Shown: positions 20,224 to 30,792 of the stretch, piece by piece
Layout: every line of letters starts with the position of its first letter
Position numbering within the stretch: the stretch's first letter is position 1
Assembly: GCF_025464955.1 (NCBI RefSeq)
Contig: NZ_JAODNM010000167.1
Coordinates: 66,947-130,946, forward strand
DNA: 64,000 bases
Origin: Amycolatopsis sp.
Lineage (GTDB): Bacteria; Actinomycetota; Actinomycetes; Mycobacteriales; Pseudonocardiaceae
Direction of reading: 5' to 3'
Translations under genes and position numbers: made by a program
Notes under the pieces: model-generated
Told to the model about the DNA's origin: nothing
The model's database searches: none
What the model saw: only the letters and a program-made list of their open reading frames with translations

Positions 20224-20283
20224 CTGGCGTTCCCTCAGGGCCACCCCTGTGGCGTTCAAAGCCACAGGCGTGGCCCTGAGGGG
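20224..20283. repeat. B-type palindrome; inverted near-identical copy of 32350-32409
   Basis: CCCTCAGGGCCACCCCTGTGGC-gttcaaa-GCCACAGGCGTGGCCCTGAGGG. Confidence 0.9.
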
Positions 20284-20296
20284 TTTTTCGCAACTC

Positions 20297-20965
20297 TCAG
20301 CCGAAGGTGACGCGCTCGATCTTCACCGGCTTGGCGGGGGAGCCGTCGAGGGGGCCGCGGTCGCTGGGGATGATCCCGGCGGCGACGATCCGGTCGAGGA
20401 CGTCCATGCCGTGGACGACCTTGCCGAGCACCGAGTAGTTCGCCGGGATGTTGGCGAACGAGTGCACGATGAAGAACTCGCTGCCGTTGGTGCCGGGGCC
20501 CTGGTTGCCCATCGCGATCGTGCCGCGCGGGTAGGTCTCCTTGCCGGTGACCTCGTCGGGGAACTGGTAACCAGGTCCGCCCTTTTCGACCTCGAAGATG
20601 TCCCCGCACTGCAGTACGCCGAGGCGGGTGGAGTTCGTCAGGCGCCAGCACTGGCTGTTGTTGTAGAAGTGCTGAAGCACCAGGCTCAGCATGTTGTGCA
20701 CCGCGCACGGCGCCGCACCGGAACGGTCCAGCTCGACGGTGACCGGGCCGTAGTTGGTGGTGAACGTGACGTCGGCGTGCCCGATGGTCAACGCGAACGG
20801 CAGCGGCGGCAGCACCGGCCGCGCGGCCGGGTTGTCCGGCGCGGTCGGGGTGAACTGGCAGCTCACGATCGGCTTCGTCGAAACGGAGGCGTCGGCCGCG
20901 GGGGCCATGACGAGCCCAGCGGCGAGTACGGGAATGGCGGCGGCAAGAGCCCAGCGCAGCTTCAT
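20297..20965 (-). CDS. Secreted cyclophilin-type peptidyl-prolyl isomerase
   Basis: Signal peptide ([10 protein letters not shown]...ADA); [38 protein letters not shown]. Confidence 0.9.
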   Translation of the reverse strand: MKLRWALAAAIPVLAAGLVMAPAADASVSTKPIVSCQFTPTAPDNPAARPVLPPLPFALTIGHADVTFTTNYGPVTVELDRSGAAPCAVHNMLSLVLQHFYNNSQCWRLTNSTRLGVLQCGDIFEVEKGGPGYQFPDEVTGKETYPRGTIAMGNQGPGTNGSEFFIVHSFANIPANYSVLGKVVHGMDVLDRIVAAGIIPSDRGPLDGSPAKPVKIERVTFG

Positions 20966-21044
20966 GCCCGGGAATATAGCCGCGGCGCGCAGCGCCTCCG
21001 TTGAGGGTGGTGGCGGGAGACGGGCGGGCTTAGATCGTCAGGAG

Positions 21045-21299
21045 CTACTTACGCCAGGCGGTGCGCTGCTTGCGGATGTCCAGCACCAGCGCGAACGCGA
21101 GCAGGATCGCAAGACCGACGAGCCACACGTTCTCCGTGTCGTTCTCGTGGTTGCCCTTGAGCATCAGCAGCAGCGCGACGACGCTGAACCAGCCGGCGAT
21201 CCGGGTCGCCTTGGGGAAGGAACCGTGCCAGCCCCACTTGACCGAAGGCTCGTCATGGGGGTCCACCTCGGGTCGCTTTTCGACCGCCTTGCTCGCCAC
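21045..21299 (-). CDS. DUF2631-like small membrane protein
   Basis: VDP.DEPS..WGWHG.FP, GNH...E..WL; usual position upstream of dxr in actinomycetes. Confidence 0.8.
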   Translation of the reverse strand: MASKAVEKRPEVDPHDEPSVKWGWHGSFPKATRIAGWFSVVALLLMLKGNHENDTENVWLVGLAILLAFALVLDIRKQRTAWRK

Positions 21300-21413
21300 G
21301 CTGACTCCTCGCCGAACCTGTTTCCGCTGACTTCACCCATGATCCCACACGCCCGCGTCACTTCGGGTGAGGACCCGCGCGAGCTGGGACCCGGGCAGGG
21401 GACAATATCCGTG

Positions 21414-22619
21414 ATGACTACTTCGCGAAGCGTCCTCGTACTAGGTTCCACCGGTTCGATCGGTACCCAGGCCCTCGACATCGCCGCCCGGAATCCCGGG
21501 CTCTTCCGGGTCGCGGGCATCGCCGCTGGCGGGTCGGATCCGGCCGCGCTCGCCGCGCAGGCGATCGCGCACCAGGTCGAGGCCCTCGCCGTGATCAGGC
21601 CGACGGTGGTCGAAGACCTGCAGCTCGCGCTGTATGCCGAGGCCCAGCGCCGCGGCTACTCGCGCGGAGAGTTCCGGCTGCCGCGCATCTTCGCCGGGCC
21701 CGATTCGGTCATCGAGCTGATCGACGCGATCTCCGTCGACGTCGTGCTCAACGGCATGCCGGGTTCGCAGGGCCTCAAGCCGACGCTGCGCGCGCTGGGC
21801 ACCGGGTCGATCCTCGCGCTCGCCAACAAGGAGTCCCTGATCGCCGGGGGGCCGCTTGTGCTCGACGCGGCGAAGCCGGGCCAGCTCGTCCCGGTGGACT
21901 CCGAGCACTCGGCCATCGCGCAGGCGCTGCGCGGCGGGAGCGCCGATGAGGTCGCGCGGCTCGTGCTCACCGCGTCGGGCGGCCCGTTCCGCGGCCGCAC
22001 CCGGGAGCAGATGGCCGGGGTCACCGTCGAGGCGGCGATGGCCCACCCGACCTGGGCGATGGGCCGGGTCGTCACCATCAACTCGGCGACCCTGGTCAAC
22101 AAGGGGCTGGAGCTGATCGAAGCCCAGCTGCTCTTCGGCATCCCGGCCGACCGGATCGACGTCGCCGTGCACCCGCAGTCGATCATTCACTCGATGGTGA
22201 CCTTCGTCGACGGCTCGACGCTGGCGCAGGCGAGCCCGCCGGACATGCGGCTCCCGATCGCGCTCGCGCTCAACTGGCCGAACCGGGTTCCCGGCGCCGC
22301 CGCGGCCTGCACCTGGGAAAAGGCGGCGTCGTGGACCTTCGAGCCGCTGGACAACGGCGCGTTTCCGGCCGTGGAACTCGCGCGGCACGCCGGTACGGTC
22401 GGCGGGTGCCTGCCGGCGGTGTTCAACGCGGCCAACGAGGTGCTGGTGGACGCCTTCTGTGCGCAGAACACCAGCTTCACCTCCATCGTGGACACTATTA
22501 GCGAAGTGGTGGAAGCCGCTGACGAATGGCGTCGCGTGCCTCGTGACGTGGATGATGTGTTCGCGGCGGAGCACTGGGCCCGTGCCCGTGCCGCCGAAGT
22601 GATGTCTGGGAGGAAGTAG
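21414..22619 (+). CDS. dxr: 1-deoxy-D-xylulose 5-phosphate reductoisomerase
   Basis: [45 protein letters not shown]. Confidence 0.97.
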   Translation: MTTSRSVLVLGSTGSIGTQALDIAARNPGLFRVAGIAAGGSDPAALAAQAIAHQVEALAVIRPTVVEDLQLALYAEAQRRGYSRGEFRLPRIFAGPDSVIELIDAISVDVVLNGMPGSQGLKPTLRALGTGSILALANKESLIAGGPLVLDAAKPGQLVPVDSEHSAIAQALRGGSADEVARLVLTASGGPFRGRTREQMAGVTVEAAMAHPTWAMGRVVTINSATLVNKGLELIEAQLLFGIPADRIDVAVHPQSIIHSMVTFVDGSTLAQASPPDMRLPIALALNWPNRVPGAAAACTWEKAASWTFEPLDNGAFPAVELARHAGTVGGCLPAVFNAANEVLVDAFCAQNTSFTSIVDTISEVVEAADEWRRVPRDVDDVFAAEHWARARAAEVMSGRK

Positions 22620-22622
22620 CGC

Positions 22623-23840
22623 GTGATCGCCTACATTGTCGGCGTTGTCGTGTTCGCGCTGGGCATCTGTATCTCGGTCGCGCTCCACGAGGCCGGCCAC
22701 ATGCTCACGGCGAAGGCCTTCGGGATGAAGGTCCGGCGGTACTTCATCGGCTTCGGTCCCAAGGTGTTCTCGTTCCGGCGCGGCGAGACCGAGTACGGCG
22801 TGAAGTGGATCCCGCTCGGCGGGTTCTGCGACATCGCGGGCATGACCGCGCTCGACGAGGTCACCCCGGACGAGGCTCCCCGGGCCATGTGGCGGTACAA
22901 GACCTGGAAGCGCACCGTCGTGCTCTCCGCGGGCTCGTTCACGCACTTCATCCTGGGCTTCCTCGTGTTGTACCTGATGGCGATCACGATGGGCCTGCCC
23001 AACATCAACGACAAGCCGGTGCTGAACTCCGTCAGCTCCTGTGTCACGGGGGCCACGACCATCGCCGAGGCCAACAACCCCGTCTGCAAGCCCGGTGATC
23101 CGGCGCCGGCCAAACAGGCGGGCCTGCTGCCCGGAGACACGGTGACCTCGGTCGCCGGCAAGGCGACGCCGACTTGGACCGACACCTTCAATGCCATCCA
23201 GGCAGCCTCGGGCCCGACAGCCTTCGTAATCCAGCGGGACGGCGACACCAAGAGCCTCACCGTCGACGTTGCCCGCGAGCTGAGGCCCAAGGTCGACGAC
23301 GCGGGCAAGGTCGTCGGGACGACGACAGTCGGCGCGATCGGGGCAGGCCGCACGTCGAGCTTCGCCTACAACGGGCTGTCCGCGTTCGGTGGCGCCACCA
23401 GCTTCGCCGGGAACATGTTCGAGCAGACCTGGAACGGGTTGTTGGCCTTCCCCAAGCGGATTCCGGCCACCGTGCACTCGATTTTCGGCGGCGTACGTGA
23501 CCCGAACACCCCGGTCAGCGTCGTGGGTGCGAGCCGCATCGGCGGCCAGGCCGTGGAGCAGGGCCTCTGGCAGGTCTTCTTCCTCCTGCTGGCCAGCCTG
23601 AACTTCTTCGTCGGCGTGTTCAACCTGCTGCCGCTCCTGCCGCTCGACGGCGGGCACATCGCGGTCGTCTGGTACGAGCGGATTCGCGACTGGTTGCGGA
23701 AGGTCCGGGGGAAGAGCGCGGCGGGGCCGGTCGACTACACAAAGCTGTCGGCGATCACGCTTGTTTTCGTGTTTCTCGGGGCCGCCGTTACGTTGCTCAC
23801 CGTAACGGCTGACATCGTGAATCCCCTGCGGATCCCGTAG
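22623..23840 (+). CDS. rseP: M50 site-2 zinc metalloprotease (RseP/Rip1) with PDZ domain
   Basis: [17 protein letters not shown]; located between dxr and ispG. Confidence 0.93.
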   Translation: MIAYIVGVVVFALGICISVALHEAGHMLTAKAFGMKVRRYFIGFGPKVFSFRRGETEYGVKWIPLGGFCDIAGMTALDEVTPDEAPRAMWRYKTWKRTVVLSAGSFTHFILGFLVLYLMAITMGLPNINDKPVLNSVSSCVTGATTIAEANNPVCKPGDPAPAKQAGLLPGDTVTSVAGKATPTWTDTFNAIQAASGPTAFVIQRDGDTKSLTVDVARELRPKVDDAGKVVGTTTVGAIGAGRTSSFAYNGLSAFGGATSFAGNMFEQTWNGLLAFPKRIPATVHSIFGGVRDPNTPVSVVGASRIGGQAVEQGLWQVFFLLLASLNFFVGVFNLLPLLPLDGGHIAVVWYERIRDWLRKVRGKSAAGPVDYTKLSAITLVFVFLGAAVTLLTVTADIVNPLRIP

Positions 23841-23853
23841 GTACGCTGAACGT

Positions 23854-25008
23854 GTGACTGTTGCGCTCGGTATGCCCGCCCTCCCGCCGCCCGTCCTCTC
23901 CGAACGTCGCAAAACCCGGCAGCTGCATGTCGGTTCGGTCGGGGTCGGCAGCGAGTCGCCGATCTCTGTCCAGTCGATGACCACCACCCTGACCTCGGAC
24001 GTCAACGCCACGCTGCAGCAGATCGCGGAACTCACCGCGGCCGGCTGCGACATCGTGCGCGTGGCGTGCCCGTCGGCGGACGACGCGGAGGCGCTGCCCG
24101 CCATCGCGCGGAAGTCGCAGATCCCGGTGATCGCCGACATCCACTTCCAGCCGAAGTACGTTTTCGCCGCGATCGAGGCCGGCTGTGCCGCGGTGCGCGT
24201 CAACCCCGGCAACATCCGCAAGTTCGACGACCAGGTCAAGGAGATCGCGAAGGCCGCGAAGGATCACGGCACACCGATCCGGATCGGCGTCAACGCCGGT
24301 TCGCTGGACAAGCGGATCCTGGACAAGTACGGCAAGGCCACGCCCGAGGCGCTGGCCGAGTCGGCGCTGTGGGAGGCGTCGCTGTTCGCCGAGCACGACT
24401 TCCACGACATCAAGATCTCGGTCAAGCACAACGACCCGGTGGTCATGGTGCGCGCGTACGAGTTGCTCGCCGAGCAGTGCGACTACCCGCTGCACCTCGG
24501 CGTCACCGAGGCAGGCCCGGCGTTCCAGGGCACGATCAAGTCCGCGGTCGCCTTCGGTGCGCTGCTGCGCCAGGGCATCGGCGACACGATCCGCGTCTCG
24601 CTGTCCGCGCCGCCGGTCGAAGAGGTCAAAGTCGGCATCCAGATCCTGCAGTCGCTCAACCTCAAGCAGCGCAAGCTGGAGATCGTGTCCTGCCCGTCGT
24701 GCGGCCGCGCGCAGGTCGACGTCTACACCCTCGCCGAGCAGGTCACGGCCGGTCTCGAGGGGATGGAGATCCCGCTGCGGGTCGCCGTCATGGGCTGCGT
24801 CGTCAACGGGCCCGGCGAGGCGCGCGAGGCGGACCTCGGCGTCGCTTCGGGCAACGGCAAGGGCCAGATCTTCGTCAAGGGCGAGGTCATCAAGACCGTG
24901 CCCGAGCACATGATCGTCGAGACGCTCATCGAGGAAGCCATGCGCATCGCCGAAGCTGCCGAGGCCGACGGCGCCGTCAGCGGCGAGCCCGTCGTCACCG
25001 TGAGCTGA
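23854..25008 (+). CDS. ispG: HMBPP synthase
   Basis: [49 protein letters not shown]. Confidence 0.97.
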   Translation: MTVALGMPALPPPVLSERRKTRQLHVGSVGVGSESPISVQSMTTTLTSDVNATLQQIAELTAAGCDIVRVACPSADDAEALPAIARKSQIPVIADIHFQPKYVFAAIEAGCAAVRVNPGNIRKFDDQVKEIAKAAKDHGTPIRIGVNAGSLDKRILDKYGKATPEALAESALWEASLFAEHDFHDIKISVKHNDPVVMVRAYELLAEQCDYPLHLGVTEAGPAFQGTIKSAVAFGALLRQGIGDTIRVSLSAPPVEEVKVGIQILQSLNLKQRKLEIVSCPSCGRAQVDVYTLAEQVTAGLEGMEIPLRVAVMGCVVNGPGEAREADLGVASGNGKGQIFVKGEVIKTVPEHMIVETLIEEAMRIAEAAEADGAVSGEPVVTVS

Positions 25009-25043
25009 ACCGGCAGGGCTCACCCAGGGCCTACGCTGAACGG

Positions 25044-25886
25044 GTGCCGGAGGAGAACTTCGCCTGGGCAGTCGGTGAGCCGCATCCCATGCTGCGGCCC
25101 TGGGTCGAGCGCTACGTCGGCTATGTCCAGCGCGACGTCACGCTCGGCGTGCACCGCGGCCTCCCGTCGCGGCACGTCACCCTGATCATCAGCCTGGATC
25201 AGCCGATCCGGGTGACCGGGATGCCGCTGCCGGGGGAGTCCCCGGTGTGCCTGCAGGCGATGGTCGGCGGGATGCACGTCGGCCCGGTGCTGATCGCTCA
25301 GGACCGGTTCCAGGCCGGGATCCACCTCGAGCTCAACCCGTTGGGCACCCGGGCACTGCTGGGCGTGTCCGCCGCCGAACTGAGCGGCCACGTCGTCGGG
25401 CTCGACCAACTCGGCACGCCGGGGCTGGCCGAACTCCCCGCGCGGCTGGTCGAGGCGCGCGACTGGCCCGCTCGCTTCGCCTTGCTGGACGACACGCTGG
25501 CCGGCGTGATCGCCGACGCCGAAGACCCCGCCGGCGAGGTCGGCTGGGCCTGGCAGCGGATGCGCGCGGCGCGCGGGCGGGTCCGGGTCGCCACGCTCGC
25601 CGAAGAAGTCGGCTGGAGCAGGCGGCATTTCGGGGAACGGTTCCGGGCGGAGATCGGGCTCTCCCCGAAGCAGGCCGCGCGGGTGCTGCGGTTCGAACGT
25701 GCCGGGCAGGTGCTCCGGCAGCGGGGCAGGGTCGACCTGGCGGGCCTCGCCGTCGGCTGCGGCTACTACGACCAGGCGCATCTGACGAACGAGTGGCGTG
25801 CGCTCGCCGGCTGTTCACCGGGGACCTGGATCGCCGAGGAGCTCCCATTCTTGCAAGACGGGGGCGTCTTCAGCGGCGAAGACTGA
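25044..25886 (+). CDS. AraC family regulator (DUF6597-like N-domain)
   Basis: LAEEVGWSRRHF.ERF..EIGLSPK; GYYDQAHL; leaderless GTG after TACGCT. Confidence 0.88.
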   Translation: MPEENFAWAVGEPHPMLRPWVERYVGYVQRDVTLGVHRGLPSRHVTLIISLDQPIRVTGMPLPGESPVCLQAMVGGMHVGPVLIAQDRFQAGIHLELNPLGTRALLGVSAAELSGHVVGLDQLGTPGLAELPARLVEARDWPARFALLDDTLAGVIADAEDPAGEVGWAWQRMRAARGRVRVATLAEEVGWSRRHFGERFRAEIGLSPKQAARVLRFERAGQVLRQRGRVDLAGLAVGCGYYDQAHLTNEWRALAGCSPGTWIAEELPFLQDGGVFSGED

Positions 25887-25891
25887 CGCGT

Positions 25892-26290
25892 ATGACACAA
25901 CCGCAGCCCACAGTTTGGCCCGCCCTCCGCTACGACGACGCTCCCGGCGCCGTCCGCCTCCTCGTCGACGTCTTCGGCTTCCGCGCGGCACTCGTCGTGC
26001 CTGGTGAGGGTGGCGACGTCGTGCACGCCGAACTCCGCTGGCCTGAGGGCGGCGGTGTGATGCTCGGCAGCACCAAGTTCTGCGAAGGCGTCCACGCGGC
26101 GATGAAGCCGGGCGCGACCTCGGTCTGCGTGGTTTCCGACCACGTCGACGAGATCCACGAGAAGGCCGTCGCGGCCGGTTTGGCGATCGTGGAGGAGATC
26201 CAAGACACCGACTACGGCTCTCACACCTTCACCGCGCGGGACCCCGAGGGCAACCTTTGGACCTTCGGGACGTACCGAGGTGCTCCCTAA
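25892..26290 (+). CDS. VOC/glyoxalase/bleomycin resistance family protein
   Basis: VWPALRY.DA, HAEL, DYGS..F..RDPEGNLWTFGTY. Confidence 0.9.
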   Translation: MTQPQPTVWPALRYDDAPGAVRLLVDVFGFRAALVVPGEGGDVVHAELRWPEGGGVMLGSTKFCEGVHAAMKPGATSVCVVSDHVDEIHEKAVAAGLAIVEEIQDTDYGSHTFTARDPEGNLWTFGTYRGAP

Positions 26291-26370
26291 GTAGTCACTT
26301 TTGACTATTGTTCCCAGCGTGTCGGAGCCCTCGCGTTCCGTTGTGAGCGTTTATCTGGCACGCTGGAGGA

Positions 26371-27225
26371 GTGTTGCGGCTAGCAGGTGCGCGGCTGCTT
26401 GATGATCGGGACTATCCGGCGGTCCGTGCCGCGCTCGCCGCCGACCCGGTGGGTAGCTGCATGGTCAGCGCCCGGGTGGAGGTCGCCGGTCTCGATCCTT
26501 GGCGCCTTGGTGGCGAGCTGTGGGCCGCCGACGCCCGGCCCGTGCGCACCGGCCGGATCCAGGGCCTGTGCTTTTCCGGCCCCAACCTCATTCCGCTCCG
26601 GGGCAACGCGACGGCGTTGCGCTCCTTCGCCGATCGCGCGCTGCGCCGCCAGCGCATCTGTTCGTCGCTCGTCGGGCCCGCCGAGCAGGTGCTGGGCCTG
26701 TGGGACGAGCTGTCGCCCGAATGGGGTCCGGCGAGGGAAGTCCGGGACGAGCAGCCGCTGATGGCGCTCGACTCCCTGCCCCGGCTGCCCGGGGACCCGG
26801 CGGTGCGAGCCGTCCGGCCCGAGGAGCTCGACAGGTACCTCCCGGCCGCGATAGCCATGTTCATCGAGGAGGTCGGCGTCGACCCCCGCGCCGGTGATGG
26901 CGGTGCCAGCTACCGCGCCCGGGTCGCCGAGCTGATCGCCGGCGGTCGCGCGTTCGCCCGGTTCGAAGGCGGCGAGGTCGTGTTCAAGGCCGAGATCGGG
27001 GCGATGTCGGCGACCGTCGGCCAGATCCAGGGCGTCTGGGTGCATCCCGACCGCCGCGGTGAGGGTCTCGGCGCCACCGGGACCGCCGCTGTCGTGACCC
27101 GCCTCGTGCGGGGCATGGGGCGCACAGCGAGCCTGTACGTCAACGCCTACAACGCCGCCGCGCTCGCCGCGTACCGCAAGATCGGCTTCCAGCAGGTCGG
27201 CGAATACGCCACCGTCCTCTTCTGA
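26371..27225 (+). CDS. GNAT acetyltransferase (Rv2867c/DUF4081-like)
   Basis: QIQGVWVHPDRRGEG, SLYVN.YN..A...Y..IGF; syntenic after ispG. Confidence 0.88.
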   Translation: MLRLAGARLLDDRDYPAVRAALAADPVGSCMVSARVEVAGLDPWRLGGELWAADARPVRTGRIQGLCFSGPNLIPLRGNATALRSFADRALRRQRICSSLVGPAEQVLGLWDELSPEWGPAREVRDEQPLMALDSLPRLPGDPAVRAVRPEELDRYLPAAIAMFIEEVGVDPRAGDGGASYRARVAELIAGGRAFARFEGGEVVFKAEIGAMSATVGQIQGVWVHPDRRGEGLGATGTAAVVTRLVRGMGRTASLYVNAYNAAALAAYRKIGFQQVGEYATVLF

Positions 27226-27244
27226 CGCCCCACACCGTCCCCGG

Positions 27245-27270
27245 ACCGCAACTCGACGGCGAGTTGCGAT
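27245..27270. repeat. Solo A palindrome
   Basis: ACCGCAACTCG-ACGG-CGAGTTGCGAT. Confidence 0.9.
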
Positions 27271-27361
27271 GCCCTCGTGCCTGGTCTTCACCCGTCAGTG
27301 GCGGGGAGTGGACGGCGTTTCGGGTCGGGATGGGGACCGCCGGGGGCAATAATCCGCGGTT

Positions 27362-29167
27362 GTGCGGGGAAGACGTTTCGGGAGCTTGACGCTGGTCGGC
27401 GCGCTGGTCATGACGCTGGCCGGGTGCGGCCTGTTCGGTTCCGGCCCCGGCCCCGACGACGTCATGGGCGCGTTCCTCGGCGGATTCTCCTCCGGTGACA
27501 CCGCCCGCGCGTCGGGTTCGACGGACGCACCCGCCGACGCCAAGTCGCTGCTCGACAGCGTGCGCAAGGCCCTCGCGCCGGAGTCGATAGATACCGGGGA
27601 CGTCCAAGTGCACGAGAATTCCGGCAACGACACCGCGACGGCGGCGTACCGGATCACCTGGCACCTCCCGCACCGCCGGCTCTGGTCCTACACAGCCAAC
27701 GCCCAGCTCTATTCCGCGCAGGGCGGCTGGAAGGTGCGCTGGGTGCCGTCGGTCGTCCATCCCCAGCTCGGCGCGCAGCAGGGCCTTGCCTTCAAGGTGG
27801 ACACGCCGCCGCTCGCCCCCGTCCTCGACCGCGACGGTGTGCCGTTGCTCGCGCCGCAGACCGTCATCGGGGTCATGGTCGACCCGGCGAAGGCGGGCGA
27901 TCTCGGGTCGGTGGCCGGGAAACTGGCGGGCGCGCTCAACCGGTACGAGCCGACGGTGACCAAGCAGTCCATTTTGGACGGTGCCAAGGGGCTGCGGCCC
28001 GGGCTCGCGTACCCGGTCGTCAGCCTGCGCTCGAACGACTACCAGCAGGCGAAACCCGTTATCTACGACCTCCCGGGAGTGCGATTCACCGAGCAGGACC
28101 GGTTGCTCGCCCCGAGCGCCGACTTCGGCAAGCAGGTGCTGCCGGCCGTGCGTTCGCTCGTCGAGAGCCAAGCCGTCGGCCAGGCCGGCTGGCGCGTGGT
28201 GACCGTCGGGCCCAACGGCGAGGAGCTCACCGAGCTCTACGCCCGGCCTGCCGCGGCGGCGGCCGCCGTGACGAGCACGCTGAGCGGCAAGATCCAGGCG
28301 GCCGCCGAGTCCGCGCTGACGGCGGTGCCCGGCCCGGCCGCGATCGTGGCGGTCCAGCCGTCCACCGGGGAGCTGCTCGCCGTCGCCCAGAACGAGCAGG
28401 CCGGCGCACAGGGACCGATCTCGCTCATCGGCCGCTACCCGCCGGGTTCGACCTTCAAGATCGTCACGGCCGCGGCGGCGCTGACCGCGGGACTGGTGAA
28501 AATCGACACACCCGTGGACTGCCCCGGCACGGTGACCTTCGACGGCCGGACCGTGCCGAACGAGGGCAAGTTCGCGCTGGGCACGGTTCCGCTGTCCACG
28601 GCGTTCGCGAAGTCCTGCAACACGACGTTCGCGAAGCTCGCCAGCCAGCTCCCGCCGGCCGCGCTGACCGACGCCGCGAAGAGCCTCGGCATCGGCGCCG
28701 ACTTCGTCGTGCCGGGGCTGACCACGATCACCGGGTCCGTCCCGCCCGCCGGCTCCGTCGTGCAGCGGGCGGAGAACGGGTTCGGCCAGGGAACCGTGGT
28801 GACCAGCCCGTTCGGCATGGCGGTGGTCGCGGCGACCGTGGCGTCGGGCAAGCTCGTCGCGCCGACCCTGCTGCGGGGAACCCCGACGGTGTCTCAGAAT
28901 CTGGGCGCGCCGCTGCGACCGGACGTGCTCGACGCCCTGCGGACGATGATGCGCGACGTCGTCACCGCGGGCACCGCGACGGGCCTGCGGAATTTGCCGG
29001 ACGTGCGGGGGAAGACCGGAACGGCGCAGTTCGGCGACGGGACGAACTCGCACGGCTGGTTCGTCGGCTACGCCGGGGACCTGGCGTTTTCGGTCCTCCT
29101 GGTGGGTGCCGGTTCGTCCACGCCCGCGGTGAAAGTAGCGGATCGGTTCCTGAAAGTACTCGGCTGA
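27362..29167 (+). CDS. Penicillin-binding lipoprotein, transpeptidase (Rv2864c-like)
   Basis: Lipobox LAGC; STFK (SxxK), SCN (SxN), KTG. Confidence 0.93.
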   Translation: MRGRRFGSLTLVGALVMTLAGCGLFGSGPGPDDVMGAFLGGFSSGDTARASGSTDAPADAKSLLDSVRKALAPESIDTGDVQVHENSGNDTATAAYRITWHLPHRRLWSYTANAQLYSAQGGWKVRWVPSVVHPQLGAQQGLAFKVDTPPLAPVLDRDGVPLLAPQTVIGVMVDPAKAGDLGSVAGKLAGALNRYEPTVTKQSILDGAKGLRPGLAYPVVSLRSNDYQQAKPVIYDLPGVRFTEQDRLLAPSADFGKQVLPAVRSLVESQAVGQAGWRVVTVGPNGEELTELYARPAAAAAAVTSTLSGKIQAAAESALTAVPGPAAIVAVQPSTGELLAVAQNEQAGAQGPISLIGRYPPGSTFKIVTAAAALTAGLVKIDTPVDCPGTVTFDGRTVPNEGKFALGTVPLSTAFAKSCNTTFAKLASQLPPAALTDAAKSLGIGADFVVPGLTTITGSVPPAGSVVQRAENGFGQGTVVTSPFGMAVVAATVASGKLVAPTLLRGTPTVSQNLGAPLRPDVLDALRTMMRDVVTAGTATGLRNLPDVRGKTGTAQFGDGTNSHGWFVGYAGDLAFSVLLVGAGSSTPAVKVADRFLKVLG

Positions 29168-29190
29168 CCTACTCGTCGTAGGGTGGAGGC

Positions 29191-30048
29191 ATGCCCGATC
29201 GTGCCCCCCTTGAGCCCGGCGTCCAGACGTCGCGCCGCGCCGTCCCCGCCAGCATCACCCGTCCCGAATACGTGGACAAGCCTGCCCCCCAACGGGATAC
29301 CGGCAACGGGGTGCGGACGCCCGAGGTGATCGAGGCCATGCGGCTGGCGAGCAGGATCGCCGCGCAGGCGCTCGAAGTCGGCGGCCAGACCGTCAAGCCC
29401 GGTGCCACCACCGACGACATCGACAAGGTCGTCCACGAGTTCCTGCTCGACAACCGCGCGTACCCCTCGACGCTGGGTTACCGGCATTTCCCGAAGTCGT
29501 GCTGCACCTCGCTCAACGAGGTCATCTGCCACGGCATCCCCGACTCGACGGTCATCGAGGACGGCGACATCTGCAATATCGACGTCACCGCGTACATCGG
29601 CGCCGTCCACGGGGACTGCAACGCGACGTACCTCGCCGGTGACGTCTCCGACGAGGCCCGCCTGCTCGTCGAGCGCACGCACGAAGCCACCATGCGCGCG
29701 ATCAAGGCAGTGCGCCCCGGCCGCCAGCTCAACGTGATCGGCCGAGTCATCGAGGCCTACGCGAAGCGGTTCGACTACGGCGTGGTGCGGGACTTCACCG
29801 GCCACGGCGTCGGCCCCGCGTTCCACACCGCGCCGACCGTGCTGCACTACGAGGAGCCCAACGTCACCACGGTGATCGAGAAGGGCATGACCTTCACCAT
29901 CGAGCCGATGATCACCCTCGGCACCATCGACTACGACGTCTGGGACGACGACTGGACCGTCACCACGAAGGACAAGAAGTGGACGGCCCAGTTCGAGCAC
30001 ACCCTCGTCGTCACCGACGACGGCGCGGAGATCCTGACGCTTCCGTAA
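29191..30048 (+). CDS. map: Type I methionine aminopeptidase
   Basis: [44 protein letters not shown]. Confidence 0.96.
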   Translation: MPDRAPLEPGVQTSRRAVPASITRPEYVDKPAPQRDTGNGVRTPEVIEAMRLASRIAAQALEVGGQTVKPGATTDDIDKVVHEFLLDNRAYPSTLGYRHFPKSCCTSLNEVICHGIPDSTVIEDGDICNIDVTAYIGAVHGDCNATYLAGDVSDEARLLVERTHEATMRAIKAVRPGRQLNVIGRVIEAYAKRFDYGVVRDFTGHGVGPAFHTAPTVLHYEEPNVTTVIEKGMTFTIEPMITLGTIDYDVWDDDWTVTTKDKKWTAQFEHTLVVTDDGAEILTLP

Positions 30049-30051
30049 GCG

Positions 30052-30744
30052 TTAGTTGATTTCCGTCGCGTCCAGATCCATCCCGGCGAGCAGTTCGTCG
30101 AGGAAGCCGGCGGCTTCGGCGGCCGCGGCGGCGGGGTCCTGCTGGGCGATGGCGTGCAGCAGGCCTCGGTGCTCGATGGTCCCGGAGTAAGTCGGGTGCT
30201 CGCTCGAGGTCGCCGCGACGCTCGCCGTGACCACCTCGGTGAGTCCGCGGTAGAGCTCGGTGAGCAGCGTGTTGTGCCCGCACTGGACGACGGTGAGGTG
30301 GAACTCGGCGTCGGTGCGGACGAAGTCGTCGAACCGCCGTTCGCGCTCGGCGGCGTCCCGTTCGTCGAGCAGGGCCGTGAGACTGCTCATTTCCCCTTCG
30401 GTGCGGGCCGCAGCGGCGAGCCGGGCGCCTTCGACCTCGAGGGTGCGTCGAACCTGGAGGACCTCGCGCAGTTCGTCGCCGCAGAGGCGCCGGACAGCGC
30501 CGGAGACCTCGCTGGTCGCGCGGACGTAGGTGCCATCTCCCTGGCGTACTTCCAGCAACCCGCTGTGAGCCAGCGCGCGCACGGCTTCACGGACGGTGTT
30601 GCGGCCGACGCCGAGCTGGGCGGCGAGTTCGGGCTCGGTCGGGATTCGCTGCCCGATGGGCCATTCCCCCTGCCTGACCGCGTCGCGGAGCTGCTCGATG
30701 GCCTGGTCGACCAGGCCGGTCCGCCGCGTGGTGGCCAATGGCAC
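30052..30744 (-). CDS. GntR/FadR family regulator
   Basis: IPTEPELAAQLGVGRNTVREAV; FCD domain D.EFH. Confidence 0.92.
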   Translation of the reverse strand: MPLATTRRTGLVDQAIEQLRDAVRQGEWPIGQRIPTEPELAAQLGVGRNTVREAVRALAHSGLLEVRQGDGTYVRATSEVSGAVRRLCGDELREVLQVRRTLEVEGARLAAAARTEGEMSSLTALLDERDAAERERRFDDFVRTDAEFHLTVVQCGHNTLLTELYRGLTEVVTASVAATSSEHPTYSGTIEHRGLLHAIAQQDPAAAAAEAAGFLDELLAGMDLDATEIN

Positions 30745-30792
30745 AGAAATTTCCTTTCATCCAATCATCCTACGTATGTCATAGTAGCTCAC

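Noticed and set aside
21441-24239. 932-aa antisense ORF, and similar long ones (47132-49387, 57333-58994, 27140-29053)
   Set aside because: Shadow frames of real high-GC genes, with no recognisable motifs
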